A stretch of 64,000 bases of DNA from Fistulifera solaris (Eukaryota). The translations under genes and the position numbers were made by a program. Each line of letters starts with the position of its first letter. Position 1 is the first letter of the stretch. Of the stretch, positions 12,412 to 24,340 are shown piece after piece. Location of the stretch: assembly GCA_030295235.1 (NCBI GenBank), contig AP026162.1, positions 2,108,001 to 2,172,000 of the forward strand, read 5' to 3'. The notes under the pieces were generated by a model. That model searched no databases and was not told the origin of the DNA. It saw only the letters and a list, made by a program, of their open reading frames with translations.

Positions 12412-13732
12412 TTAATCAAAGCAATCCCAATCATCGCTATGATAATACTCGGCGAGTAGACGATAAAGGAAACTCGGTTGAAAGGAACCGACATTGGTGA
12501 TGAATAGATCGACGTGCTCGGGTTTGATAATGTCATGGAGGGGGTTCACAAACTCAATATCTTCCAGCAGTTTGGCCTGCACTTCGGCGTATTCCATGAC
12601 GCTGCTGGGACTGAGCAGATCATTCATGGTGTCTTGTCCTTCATGAGGAAAGATGGGACACAGTTTAAAGAGACCGGTCGTGCAAACGACCGGAACCGAA
12701 TTGTGTTTCGCGGCGAGGGCTACCAAATTGCCTCCACTCGGTGTCATTAAACTGCCATTGGCCAATACAGCGTGCGCGGGAAGAATGACTTTATTGACAC
12801 GGGCCATGACAGCAAAGACGGCGGAGTCGTTGATTAAGGTAACATCCAACCCGGCATCGGCTAGTACCTTGGCCATCGAGTGACCGCTATTTCCCGGAGC
12901 TCCTTCACAGATAATGACTTGAAAATCCAATTTCTTGGCCGCGGCTGCCTTGAGGAACAATTCCACCGTCTTGGATCGTCCGCTGGTCAGTATAATCTCT
13001 CCCGAGTGAATGTGATTGACGACTTGTTCATTAATGTTTTTGTATAAATCCTCCAACTCATTGACAATTTCGTCCACTGCCACGAACGAAATGCGAGATT
13101 AGATTAATTTTTGAGCAGGGTGAGTCTACCAAAGCCTGCTAAAAGCGCTATGTTCGGCATCCATGATACTTACTCGCTTCCATGACGGTCGATTTGAGAC
13201 CCGAACGTTCTTGATAATAAAACGCGGGATACTCTGGACTCACTAGATCCGCATCCGCAAAGGATTCTTGTCTCTGATGATCGCCACTTCTCACACTACT
13301 GATGGACCGGGATGCCTTGACATGCTGCGGCAACGCCCACAACATGCTCTGCAACGAAAGTCGACCGCCGGTCGAATCGATCGTGTGTTCGTTGTCAAAA
13401 TTGGCTTCTTCCCGCACCGCCGCCATAATGCGACGTACCACATTCCCAATGGACGGTTCGTGATATCCGGCTTTTTGCAATTCGTGTCCAATGCCGCGCA
13501 ACAACAGATGCAATTGCGCCGGATTTTTCCATTTCGTCGAGCCCACCATGTGTCGTAAGAAATCGACGGTCCGGTGAATTACGATTCTGCGGTCCATTTG
13601 TTTGAGACGACCACGACGAAGTTCGAGGAGAAAGCGATCCAGTAACGCCAAATGTTTGCGATGGTGTTCTTCGAGCCACCGACGGACATCAAGATAATTG
13701 CGAATCTCCGTTTCGTCTGCCAGGCCTGTCAT
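12412..13732 (-). CDS. EIF2B2: Translation initiation factor eIF2B beta subunit
   Basis: IGNVVRRIM, HIHSGEIILT, DSAVFAVMARVNKVI, AVLANG, LFITNVG. Intron 13077-13173. Confidence 0.92.
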
Positions 13733-14192
13733 TCTTCTTTAACTACGTTTCGGCGCTTGTTTCCGGAGCTGATTCGGCAAGTAAACTAAGCTGTCAACTA
13801 ATGCAGTTGACAAAAGCTCAAATTAGAAGAAGGGCTTCAAGCTACAAATAATAGAATTGCAACCTCAATCATCCGCACCGCATATTTTTTTCATTATTTC
13901 GGCCGCAACTCGGCCACCGCAAACAAGACGATTGATTAGCGTTAAGGCTAGCCATGACGAAAATCAGTCGTGGTTGTCGTAAACAAAAAGTAATCTACTC
14001 TATAGGCTATAGTACTTCATGATGACCGGAATTCAGTCGCGGTTTTGTTGAACCCGCACTCTATTGCGCCAAAAACGCGTCCGCCGTTTTTGCAGTTTGG
14101 AATTTGCGTTGTTGATTTTGATGGCCACCCGTTTTTATAGTCGATTCGTCTTTCACTTCTTCTTTTGTATGAATATTGTTTTCGCACTCAAT

Positions 14193-14900
14193 ATGAAAGC
14201 ATCTTCCAGAACAATCTTTTCGGCAGTTTTTGTTTCTGTGGCGGTACATGCACTGCTGCTTCCCAAGGGCCGACAAACCTTCCGATTGCAGCAATCGGCA
14301 GGGGGATGATGTGATCGCACGGGCCCGTGAAAATGCCGGAATGTTCGATGTTTTGGAACCTCCCTCCTTATTTGATGATGATTTACTGGACGATATGCAA
14401 CAAGCACTTTTGACCATGGAAAACGAGTGCAACAAGGGCCGGGTTCTTTGACGTCGTCGGAAGTGCAAGATTTGGGAGCGCGATTGAATCGAATCATTCA
14501 AGAAATGAAAGAAAATGAGCATTTGACGGCAAGAGATCTGTTGAAGAATGATAATAGCCATCACTCTACGACTCCCGTTGCCCCAGCTGCTTCCAACACC
14601 CAGCAATCGAGTAGTCTGGACCAATTGGAAGACGATACACCGTCGTACGATGGCAAAGGTGGAATGGGACAGCCCCGTGGTACCGTCAACACTTATATTA
14701 TTGAAGGAATGGAAGAAATGGACTCGGAGACCTACCGTTTAGCGTTACAACAAAGCATTATTGATCGACAACGAGAGCGTCGTAGAAGCGGCAAAGTGGG
14801 GAACCGTGGAACCATTGACTACCTGAGCTCTCTCGGCGGTAAGCCCGACCGGAAAATTATGTTCGATCCCGATGAAAAGAAGGATACGAAAAAGAAGTAG
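14193..14900 (+). CDS. Hypothetical protein, possibly plastid-targeted
   Basis: Signal peptide MKASSRTIFSAVFVSVAVHA-L. Three ORF pieces join across G-run shifts near 14303 and 14436. Confidence 0.6.
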
Positions 14901-15368
14901 ATGCAATCGACGTTGGAATGAAATTAGACCAAAACACGTGTGTCTCGTTAAATTGCTGTGTTTTCCTTTCAAAATGTGTTACACATCATAAGCTAACTGA
15001 AAATAGTTACTCATTTTTTCTCTTAAAGCTGATCTTCAGCTGTACGATTGAACCGAGCAAGTCCCAATATCTGAACAATTGTTAGCCAAGTGCCTCTAAG
15101 CTATATAGACCCGACAGACTTCCTTGCCAACAGACAGTCGCGCGTTGCTTTGCAGAAACAATAAGTGACGTACTTCGTAATCATAGCTTCTGTCACATCG
15201 TGATCAAAAACCTACATGAAGATGCTATACTTCAACAGCAACGGTAACCTTAGTATCTTTGGACGAGCAGATGACGGACGTAAAAATGCATTGCTTATTA
15301 TCATCGACAACAGCGACCTTGCGGTTGTCTCATTCATGCATCTCTTTATTAGCTTCGATTACCAAAAG

Positions 15369-16399
15369 ATGTCTATCGCCTTTATCAAAGAAATTCCTCC
15401 GGTGGTCGCTGGACTCGCTGGGCTAGGATTCCTCGTGGCTCTCTCGTTGGTTGTCAAGGTATGTGAAATCGACACGTTCTTATTTTTCAGCATTCCTTTC
15501 TCACTCATTCGCTCCGCCCACAACAGGTCCTTTCCTCGACTTACAACACTTTCTTACGTCCAGGTAAAGACTTGAAGAAGCTAGGAAAATGGGCGGTAGT
15601 AACGGGTGCTACGGATGGCATCGGAAAGGCCTACGCCATGGGCTTGGCCAAAAAGGGAATGAGCATTGTCTTGATCAGTCGAACGGAAAGTAAATTGAAC
15701 GAAGTGAAAAAAGAAATTGAAACCAAGTATTCGGGGATTGAAGTGAAGCATATTGTCTGTGATTACTCCAAATTCGATAAGAAAGCGCAGGATGAGCTCA
15801 AGAAGCAGTTGGTGGGCCTCGAAGTGGGGGTGCTCGTCAACAATGTGGGTGTCAGTTACCGCTATCCTCGTTACTTTCACGAACTGCCCGATGATGAAGT
15901 GCAAAATCTTCTTACCATGAACATTGACTCGGTCGTCTGGATGACTCGTTTCGTTCTTCCTGGTATGATTGATCGCAAGAAGGGTGCCATTGTCAACATT
16001 TCGTCCGGATCGGCGTTGTACACGCTCCCCCTCTTGGCCGAGTATTCGGGTGCCAAGAGCTTTGTGGAAAAATTCTCTCGCGCTATTAATGCCGAATACA
16101 AAAACAAAGGCATTACCTGTCAGTGTCAGGCTCCGTTTTATGTCGCGACCAAATTGGCCAAGATGCGCAAGTCGTTCTCGGTTCCTGATCCGAACCAGTT
16201 TGTGGCGTTGGCGTTGAAGTGGGTGGGATACCCGGATTGTGTGGTGCAACCGTTCTGGGTGCATGCGCTACAAGGATGGGTCATGCACCGTGTTCCCGAC
16301 TCGATCTTGGCTTGGTTCATTATGAACATGCATTTGGCCATTCGCAAGAAGGGAATCAACAAGGATCTGAAACTGGCGTCGGAAGGAAAGCTAGAATAA
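15369..16399 (+). CDS. KCR: Very-long-chain 3-oxoacyl-CoA reductase (SDR; KCR/HSD17B12 family)
   Basis: WAVVTGATDGIGKAYA, LVNNVG, NISS, YSGAK. N-terminal TM exon; intron 15459-15526; C-terminal di-Lys-like end. Confidence 0.9.
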
Positions 16400-16571
16400 G
16401 CTAGTTCTTCTACCAGATATCGGACATGTTTAGCCCAATTGCATCTATAAACAGAAATAGCTGTTTGTCGAAATTGCTAATAACAAGTAGTTCCTCATTG
16501 CCTCTACTGCAGTTCGTAGTTCGTGCAGTTCGGTAGGATGAACACACAGTTTCAAAAATAACTGAGTCATA

Positions 16572-16620
16572 TACAGAATTTCTGTGAGAGAAAAACTTGG
16601 CTGGTTCCAGAATTTCTGGG
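16572..16620. repeat. Fragment of palindromic repeat family B
   Basis: ACAGAATTTCTGTGAGAGAAAAAC...TTCCAGAATTTCTGG matches the reverse complement of ~24061-24108. Confidence 0.6.
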
Positions 16621-16683
16621 ATCTCATAACTTTAGCATCATAATATTTCGAAATTTACAGCTTTTGTTAACATATTATTAAAG

Positions 16684-17818
16684 TTACGGGTAAATCAAGT
16701 CGCAACATTGATGATTCTGAACTATTTGTTTTTTAAAAAAAGAGTTTCTTTTATTTCACGTCAAAGTTAAGAGTTTCTTTTATTTTACGTCGAAAATCCG
16801 AGGATCGACACCTTGAATTTTTACTATGAACGGAGTGTTGGTTTACCTATTTATTGCCTTGGTCACGTACCGAACCACAAAGGGATCCGTTTTGAGTCTC
16901 TCGCATCCGTCCATTGTCATTCAAATGCGAATATTATTATAACTAGCCGCCTGCGGCTAGCCCTGCGGGGAGCTTTTTTTTTCGTTCTCGCCCTTCCCGC
17001 AAGCGGGGGGCTCGTTCCCCGTGGAAAAGCAGAAAAGCAAAAACAGTGACTGAGCCTGTACGCTGGACTCGATGTTGGCGCTTCGCGGGTTCGCGGGTTC
17101 GCAAGCCCCAGCATCCAGTATGCCACTCGACGAAGCAAAAGCGGAAAAAAGCGGCAAAAAAAGTTCCTACCGTGACACACACACACACACACGGACACTC
17201 AGCCTCGCGCTATTATAAATAGATAGATAGATAGATTACGGGTAAATAAAGTAAACTATTTGTTTTAAATGTTTCTTATATTTTTCGTCGAAAATCCGAG
17301 GATCGACACCTTGAAATTTTTACTATGAAACGGAGTGTTGGTTTACGCCAGCCAAGACTGGATTGTGCAGTAGTCACGTACCGAACCACAAAGGGATCCG
17401 TTTTGAGTCTCTCGCATCCGTCCATTGTCATTCAAATGCAAATATAATTACAATTACGGGTAAATAAAGTTGCAACAATGATGAATCTAAACTATTTGTT
17501 TTTAAAAAATGTTTCTTATATTTTTCGTCGAAAATCCGAGGATCGACACCTTGAAATTTTTACTATGAAACGGAGTGTTGGTTTACGCCAGTCAAGACTG
17601 GATTGTGCAGTAGTCACGAACCGAACCACAAAGGGTTCCGTTTTGAGTCTCTCGCATCCGTTTATTGTCATTCAAATGCGAATATAATTACAATTACGGG
17701 TAAATAAAGTCGCAACAATGATGAATCTAAACTATTTGTTTTAACTGTTTCTTATATTTTTCGTCGAAAATCCGAGGATCGACATCTTGAATTTTTACTA
17801 TGAAACGGAGTGTTAGGT
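16684..17818. repeat. Tandem array of ~240-bp units, about 3.5 copies (family A)
   Basis: Units start TTACGGGTAAAT at 16684, 17236, 17454 and 17694. The last two starts are exactly 240 bp apart; units 2-4 are highly similar. Confidence 0.92.
16943..17235 (-). mobile_element. Non-autonomous Helitron-like element (293 bp)
   Basis: On the minus strand it begins TC after A and ends CTAG before T, with a GC-rich terminal hairpin (CTAGCCGC-AG-GCGGCTAG). No TSD; (ATCT)n and (GT)n microsatellites near the 5' end. Absent at the equivalent AA|TT junction of the other array units. Confidence 0.75.
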
Positions 17819-17856
17819 TACTTTGTACCTCATCTAAGATTTCTGAACGAGGAATA

Positions 17857-17900
17857 ACAGAATTTCTGTATGATGAAAAAACCTCAACCAGAATTTCTGA
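17857..17900. repeat. Fragment of palindromic repeat family B
   Basis: ACAGAATTTCTGTATGATGAAAAAACCTCAACCAGAATTTCTG resembles 59177 ACAGAATTTCTGTATGACCAAAAATAACCTTTCCAGATTTTCTG. Confidence 0.6.
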
Positions 17901-18000
17901 AGCAAGCCATGCGTTTATTTCAAGACAACTGATAATAAAACAGCTGCCATTACGCTTCAATAAACCAGAGTGATATAAACATTTTCCGTCGCCTGTTTTC

Positions 18001-18987
18001 ATGAGTCGAAAGATCCTTAGCAGATACTCACAAGTTGCAACATTTGTGCTCCTGGTCGGTTCTATTGCAAGCTTTACGTTTTACAGAAACCCACAGAAGC
18101 CACGCCGACCCATCAGTTTCGTGCGTAGTACATTGGAAAAACGAGAATATGTGGACCACGCAGACCTATTTGCCGCAAATGAACCCCAGCAACGCCGAAG
18201 TGAATTATGGCTAGATCTGCGAGAAACAGCCATTGCGCCAAGAGAAGCTCTTCAATTTCTGGAAAAACAACTTTACAACAAAAACGACAACATGAGTATG
18301 GATACATCCGATGTTTCTCCACGAAAAGTACTTTCGTTGATCGACAAAGTGTTGTTGCCAGAGGAGATTTTTGCTAAAGTTGTTGCTAGGGGCGACGATA
18401 TAGGTTTCCCTCTGCTCTACACGGTGAATGATGAATCCATTCTAGTAGAAGGTAACCGTCAGACAAACCAATCTTGTCCATCGGGGAAAATTGTCACGTG
18501 CCGGCACACCGAAATACTCGATCCGCTCACTGCGATGGACATTACAAGCATTGGACAGTGGTCGTTTGTAGACAAAACAGATGGGTCTGATGAATACGAA
18601 AGGATTCTTTGGCTGGAAAAACAAGTCGCCGGATTGGTCGACTTTTTATCCTCGACTACGGCTGCACCTATCCTGTCATCCCAGGGTTTATTAGTACCTT
18701 CTATCTCCGACAAGATCCTGTCTAGGAAGGGTGGAGTTGCTGTCTCCTGTCGCACGAGGACAGCATTTGTACAATTGAATTCGGCACTGGAACAGTCGTT
18801 GTGCTCGACCCTTGTCACTCGCACAACAGATTCGGGCATTCTTGTGACAGTTGAAGCACCTTTGGGGGTGAGAATATCTCCACCATCGCTTCGAACAGCG
18901 TTGGTGTTGCCCTTGGATTTACGGATATGGGAAGCGGCGAGAGATATCCAGGAGGAGGAGGAACATGAAACGGAGATCGACGAGTAA
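18001..18987 (+). CDS. Hypothetical protein, possibly plastid-targeted
   Basis: 328-aa uninterrupted ORF; signal peptide ending SIAS-F. No family recognised. Confidence 0.65.
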   Translation: MSRKILSRYSQVATFVLLVGSIASFTFYRNPQKPRRPISFVRSTLEKREYVDHADLFAANEPQQRRSELWLDLRETAIAPREALQFLEKQLYNKNDNMSMDTSDVSPRKVLSLIDKVLLPEEIFAKVVARGDDIGFPLLYTVNDESILVEGNRQTNQSCPSGKIVTCRHTEILDPLTAMDITSIGQWSFVDKTDGSDEYERILWLEKQVAGLVDFLSSTTAAPILSSQGLLVPSISDKILSRKGGVAVSCRTRTAFVQLNSALEQSLCSTLVTRTTDSGILVTVEAPLGVRISPPSLRTALVLPLDLRIWEAARDIQEEEEHETEIDE

Positions 18988-19017
18988 AATGTGAATCTAA
19001 TGTCACCAGATACACTT

Positions 19018-19785
19018 TTATTTATTCTTAGGTTCGATTATTTCGCTTGGTGTTATGATGAGATCCATACGTCTATCGTACGACTCCACCGGAATTTCCT
19101 CAACCAACTGACAAGTCAAACAAACTGCAAGCAAGCAGGGAGGTTTTTTGTCGCTTGATATCATGCGCTGAATGAAGCGATCGTAGTACCCCTTCCCTTG
19201 GCCAAGGCGATCACATTTTCGATCAAAGGCAAGGCCAGGAACGATGAGAACGTCAATGTCACCTTCTTTGGCCAGCACAATCGGCATTTCCGGCGGTGGC
19301 TCCGGGATACCCCACTTGTTTCGCGGCCACGCGTGGTGGAAGAGCTCTCCGGCCTTGGTAGCACTTTGATCAACCTTTAACAGCTCCATATCCGCATGTT
19401 CAAAATTCTTGCCTACTTGTGGGACATAAATGTGTTTGCCGCCTTCTACAGCGTTCCGTATGGCTGGATCAGTATCGATTTCGAAGCTGGGCATCGAAAG
19501 GAAGAGCCCCACCGATTGGGCTTGCTGATACACAGGGAGATCAAAAAGCCGCTTCCAAACCTCAAGACTTTGACTCTCTATGTCTTGTCTTGATAATTGA
19601 CTTATCATCGATCGAACTTGCTTCCGTAATAGCTTTTTGCGTGTAACGATATCGGTTGCACCGGTGGTAGCCGAAACTGAACTCATTTTTCGACGCAATA
19701 CCGAACGAAATGATACTTTGCTATCAAAACAAATTCCCGGTTTCAGCAAAGCGCTTATGAGAAAACTTCCTTTCCAAGCGTACAT
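19018..19785 (-). CDS. MTHFS: 5-formyltetrahydrofolate cyclo-ligase
   Basis: KKLLRKQVR, LFLSMPSFEIDT, WGIPEP, IVPGLAFD, RLGQGKGYYDRF, DRRMDLIITP. Confidence 0.93.
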   Translation of the reverse strand: MYAWKGSFLISALLKPGICFDSKVSFRSVLRRKMSSVSATTGATDIVTRKKLLRKQVRSMISQLSRQDIESQSLEVWKRLFDLPVYQQAQSVGLFLSMPSFEIDTDPAIRNAVEGGKHIYVPQVGKNFEHADMELLKVDQSATKAGELFHHAWPRNKWGIPEPPPEMPIVLAKEGDIDVLIVPGLAFDRKCDRLGQGKGYYDRFIQRMISSDKKPPCLLAVCLTCQLVEEIPVESYDRRMDLIITPSEIIEPKNK

Positions 19786-19922
19786 GAAGCTTTTTAAGGA
19801 AGAACACTAGTCTATGTGACTTTGAAGCGGAAACGCTCGCATCGCTGTCGCTTTTTTCGCGTTCGAAAAAATGTTTGCAAATCGTGACTGAAACCCAGTC
19901 GGATTTGGTTCATCATACTCCG

Positions 19923-20001
19923 GAAAGGACGTTAAAATTCTGCCTCTCAGTACATATTTCTACGTAGCGCTTACGGCGAGGCAGAATTTTAACGTCGTTT
20001 C
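19923..20001. repeat. ~78-bp hairpin (MITE-like) element, copy 1
   Basis: Perfect 19-bp inverted repeat GACGTTAAAATTCTGCCTC (19928-19946) / GAGGCAGAATTTTAACGTC (19978-19996), followed by CTAG. Confidence 0.75.
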
Positions 20002-20510
20002 TAGTATTCACATGGTAGCATGATCTCTACTCTGTCTGAAGATGCATCTAGCCTCTAGCCTCTAGCAATGTTACAAGGTGATCTTTGCGTACGATAAGCT
20101 TGTTCGCGAGTGGTAACTAAAGGCTAACATACAGGTGTTTGGAGAAACAAAGATGGGATTACGTTCGGGATAAATCGATTAACTGATTGTTCATTCTTCC
20201 AGCCTCTACCAGGTATTCACCTCATCGGAGTGAGGATAGCCAACTTTCACATTATGACGTCCTGGATTCGTGAAAGGAACCTCCCTCTTGAAATATTTCC
20301 CGATTAGTAAACTTTTTCAAAATTCTACCAAAAGACCTTCTTGACTTTCGCATTCCTCCACCACATACTCTCTAAACAGACTCTAGCGCTAGGAGAGGAT
20401 GCCGGCAGAAAAAATGGTTGGCAGACCGATGAGAAATTCATCGCGACAGACGGAGCCATCATCCCTTAAAAATCTGTAAACCGTGGCGCCTCAGAGTCTG
20501 CAAGCTTTTG

Positions 20511-20588
20511 GAAAGGACTTTAAAATTCCGCCTCTCAGTATAAGTTTCTACGTAGAGCCTACGGCGAGGAAGAATTTTAACGTCGTTC
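20511..20588. repeat. ~78-bp hairpin (MITE-like) element, copy 2, direct orientation
   Basis: GAAAGGACTTTAAAATTCCGCCTCTCAGTA...TACGGCGAGGAAGAATTTTAACGTCGTT is a diverged copy of 19923-20001, also followed by CTAG. Confidence 0.75.
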
Positions 20589-21236
20589 CCTAGTCTAGTG
20601 CGATTTTACACCGTTGAACATCCGTACTCTCTCTTTTGAAGGTTCGTTGACCAACTATGGCGAGAGAAGAACTATTGCCGTGATCCTCGCCAAGGGGAAA
20701 TCACAATGCACACAACATGCACACCGTTTTCTGCGTTCTATGCTTTCTGAAGCTATGTTTCGATATGGACTGTCTCCCACGGAGTAAGCCATGTTTCCGA
20801 GGTTTCTGAATTATACGATGACGCAAGATTTGCAAGGTGACGTTAAACACAAAGAAGTGATTTGATTGGTGCGATAAAAGAAAGCAGGACGCTTGTAACA
20901 GATGACGCTTGAGGTTCGCTTTCTGAAGTGGCCACATCATTCCTGTTGCAGATTGTGTTTGTGTTCGCGCCTTCGCTATGGAACACAAAACATTGATAAC
21001 GAAAAAGGTCAAAAGGTTGAAACCAGAACTGCAAACACCAACGCCCTCAGACGATTTGCTCGGCCTCATCACATAAAACAGTGATCCACATTATTATTTC
21101 GCAACATCGCTTCGATTACGGAACAAAGCACAAGCATACACAACCGATCTCACGAGCAAATTGGTTTTTCGCAACTTATCATCTTATCAATCCACAGTGG
21201 CAAATCCGAAAGAGTGTACCATCTATACTTTTCATC

Positions 21237-22397
21237 ATGGCACAGCAGGAAGAAACAACGAAAATGGAGACCAAATTAAGCTCGGCAAGTACTAGCCTCT
21301 CGGGTTCCAATGGCTACTCGGCTGATAGTGAAAGAACGCGGTTAGCTCAAGCATCTTCGTTACCCGTCTCCATCAGTCTTCACGAACATGATGCAAAGAA
21401 GTTTCTTGCTCTCTTTCCATCTGGAATTACAAATCTCAAGCGCGATCCTGACTTCGAGCTGAATCTCAGCCGACAGTATCTTGCCAAACGCGCCAAAACC
21501 GATCTCTTAAGTTCAGGGAAGGACATGCCAACAAGCAAACTCCACGATCTTCTTCCTGCAGGCGCTCACTTGACAACCGATGTCGTGAATCACATACAAA
21601 GCTCATCTATTCCAGACGCATCATGCATACATAACGTCACCCCTGATCCCTGTGTATATGACGATGCAAGTACATTGGCATCTCTGGTCGACATATGCAG
21701 GCATGTTTACGCTGGTAGGCCGTCAATGAACTCTATGACAGCCGATGGCTCTGGCGGAGAGACAAATAGGGAGGAGAGCAGAGAGGATTCCGCGAGCTCT
21801 GTCACCGATACCGAAAGCTCAACATCCGACGACGGCGCAAAAGAGGTTCCTAGACCTTCTCTCTTTTCGCAAGGAGGAGTTTCTGGAGCGTCTTCAGTTG
21901 CCCGGTAAGTTCTTTTGTCGAAGTGTTTTCACGCAGCTCGAAGTGATTTCTCACTCTTGTATGATCGTTGATAGTTTGATACTTTCCAGCGATTATCCGT
22001 TTACTATTGCTCATGCGAACGCAGTCTTCGAGAATCTAGTGAACTTCACATTAACGCGCGTGCTGGGACACGCTGTTGGTCATTTTTGGCCGGCGATCCT
22101 CTAGCCGCGGCACTTCAGGAATGTGTCACCCATCAATCCCATGCGACTGTGGAAAACCAGCGACTACGCATCAAACCGATCGGCAAGGGACCAAAATCAT
22201 ACATATGCACGATTCATATCTCCCCGCATGGCCTACCCGCCCCATTCTCAACGTATTTGAGCATTTTGATCGTGCCTGATGAAAAGCAGCCGCAAGACTC
22301 GTTTCCGGAGACAGCAGTAAGCGAAGAGCCTTTTGATCCTGAAGTAGACGATTTTGAGACGATGTCGATGGAAGAGCCTACAAAAATCATGGGTTGA
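21237..22397 (+). CDS. Hypothetical protein with C-terminal PAS-like domain
   Basis: Ser-rich N-terminus. Intron 21905-21974 gives ARLILSSDYPFTIAHANAVFENL...VLG, typical of a PAS start. T-run shift near 22085. Confidence 0.5.
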
Positions 22398-22713
22398 CAT
22401 CATCTTTTGCAAAGTTCTAGATTGCGACAACTATACGCTATGCCGAATGACATCATTAGCAAACTGTAAAATAATGAACATTTTGAGCATATCCTGATTG
22501 CCTCTTACTAGTTTTTATACCAAGGCTGTACGATCATCAAGTACGACTTATACGAACCCAGCCATTGAATCAATCAAACTGAGAAAGTGCATAAGGATGT
22601 AACGAGTAAACCATCTTCGATCAACACCAAAAAATCAGGTTTAATGCGATGAAATAAAAGTTGACTTCAGTGTACGTTTCAAAAACTTTGTTTATCAGCG
22701 CGTTCCCCGCGCC

Positions 22714-23558
22714 TTACTCATCGAGAAGACGGCCCACTCCGGGCAGCACGATTCGAGCAATATCTTCGAGACGACGAAGAGCTCTTCGAGAATCCTCATC
22801 ACCATCAATCGCAGCTCGATAATACCACAAGCACGCTTCAGCATCACTTTGGGGCACCCCACGAGCTTCTTCAAAGGCCTCCCCGATGGAATACTTGGCG
22901 GTCAAATGTCCTTTTCGGCGGCCTTCATGTACCATTCCAAAGCCTTTTCGTCCGACTGTTCCACAGCCAAACCCAGCTCATAGCATAAACCCAATTCCGC
23001 CATGGCCTCTACGTGACCACCTTCGGCGGCTTTTTCGAACCACGCCACCGCCGCAACGACGTCCACGTCAATGCCGTGCGAGCCGTTTTCGTACACAAGG
23101 GCCACCTCGTGTGCCGCATCCAAGTTGTTTCCGACTTCATACGCCGCTTCTAACCAGGCGAGTCCGGCGGTCGGATTGTTGGGTAAATAATACGTGGCAA
23201 TTTCTTTCATGGCCGCGGCCGAAAATTCGTTCAAAACGGCGTTATTGCGTCGCAGGGGCATCTGACATTCGTCTTCGTCGAGCCCCGAAAGTTGTCGTAG
23301 TAATTTCATGGCAGACGGAGGATTGCTGGACAAGCCATCGGTTCCATGAAGCAACGCTTGCGCCAACGACCACGCCGCCGAAAGATCGGAGGAGGCCGCG
23401 TCGTACAGGATGTGCGACCAGGAGGTTTGCACGGCCGCCAGTCGTGCTAGGTCGCCCCATTCCGCGAATTCCAACAAGCATCGGTGCAACACCTCCGCGG
23501 GAATGTCAATGTTGGCATTCTCGAAGTAAAAGAGAGGAAGAGATGGACGTCCGCTCAT
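22714..23558 (-). CDS. Sel1-like repeat protein
   Basis: AVAWFEKAAEGGHVEAMAELGLCYELG, ALEWYMKAAEKGH, WYYRAAIDGD. Frameshift near 22912. Confidence 0.88.
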
Positions 23559-23899
23559 GGTTTGCGAAGGAAAAGTATATTCTGTTTGCAATGAAATAAT
23601 AGAGTGCATCGGATTTCGTAGAACAAAAACCTCCGACGACGAAAAAAAGACCGTCCAAGGTCCAACGTGGCGCATTGGGCGCGTTGCGCGTTTGAATTTT
23701 CGGATGAACTTGGGCTGACGGTGTACACTGCACTGCAGTGTTCATTCATTTGTACATTTCATCGTATTGTTCGATACGGTGTCGTGTTTACATTTTGTAC
23801 GATGGTGAACTTGAAGCAAACCACCGCGAAATGAATGGCTGCAAGAAGTTGAGTCTTGATCAATAAGTCAGTCATGAGTCATGAGTTATGCTGCTTCCA

Positions 23900-24340
23900 G
23901 AAAATCTTTACACGGTGTAAAGGTAAAAAGGTTCATACCAGATTGGGGAATGCTGCATGGCTTCGAGAATGAGACGGTGGTTTCGATAAATACCTTTTGT
24001 GTGATTTCCAGATTATCTGGAAGCAGCGATCCCGTCATAAAGAAATTCTGTTTGAATGGTCCAGAAATTCTGGACCGGATGATGTTTTCTTCTCACAGAG
24101 GTTCTGTGCTGGTTCCAGAAAATCTATTTACGGTGTAATGGCTCATACCAGATTGGGTAATGCTGTATGGCTTCGACAAATGAGACGGCGGTTTCGACAA
24201 ATAGCTTTTGTGTGTTTTCCAGATTATCTGGAAACAGCGATCCCGTCATACAGAAATTCTGTTTGAATGGTCCAGAAATTCTGGACCGGGTGATGTTTTC
24301 TTCTGCAGGTCCTGTGCTCGGTCCAGAAAATCTGGATACG
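23900..24340. repeat. Tandem repeat, 2 x ~210 bp, rich in TCCAGA-N3-TCTGGA palindromes (family B)
   Basis: ATACCAGATTGG at ~23935 and ~24145. Each unit holds TTCCAGATTATCTGGAA, AGAAATTCT and GGTCCAGAAATTCTGGACC. Confidence 0.88.

Noticed and set aside
16813..17198. Short ORFs across the GC-rich insertion
   Set aside because: They are incidental frames of the non-autonomous element; no Rep or helicase motifs.
18001..18987. Possible type II dehydroquinate synthase resemblance
   Set aside because: The C-terminal conserved motifs were not recognised; left as hypothetical.
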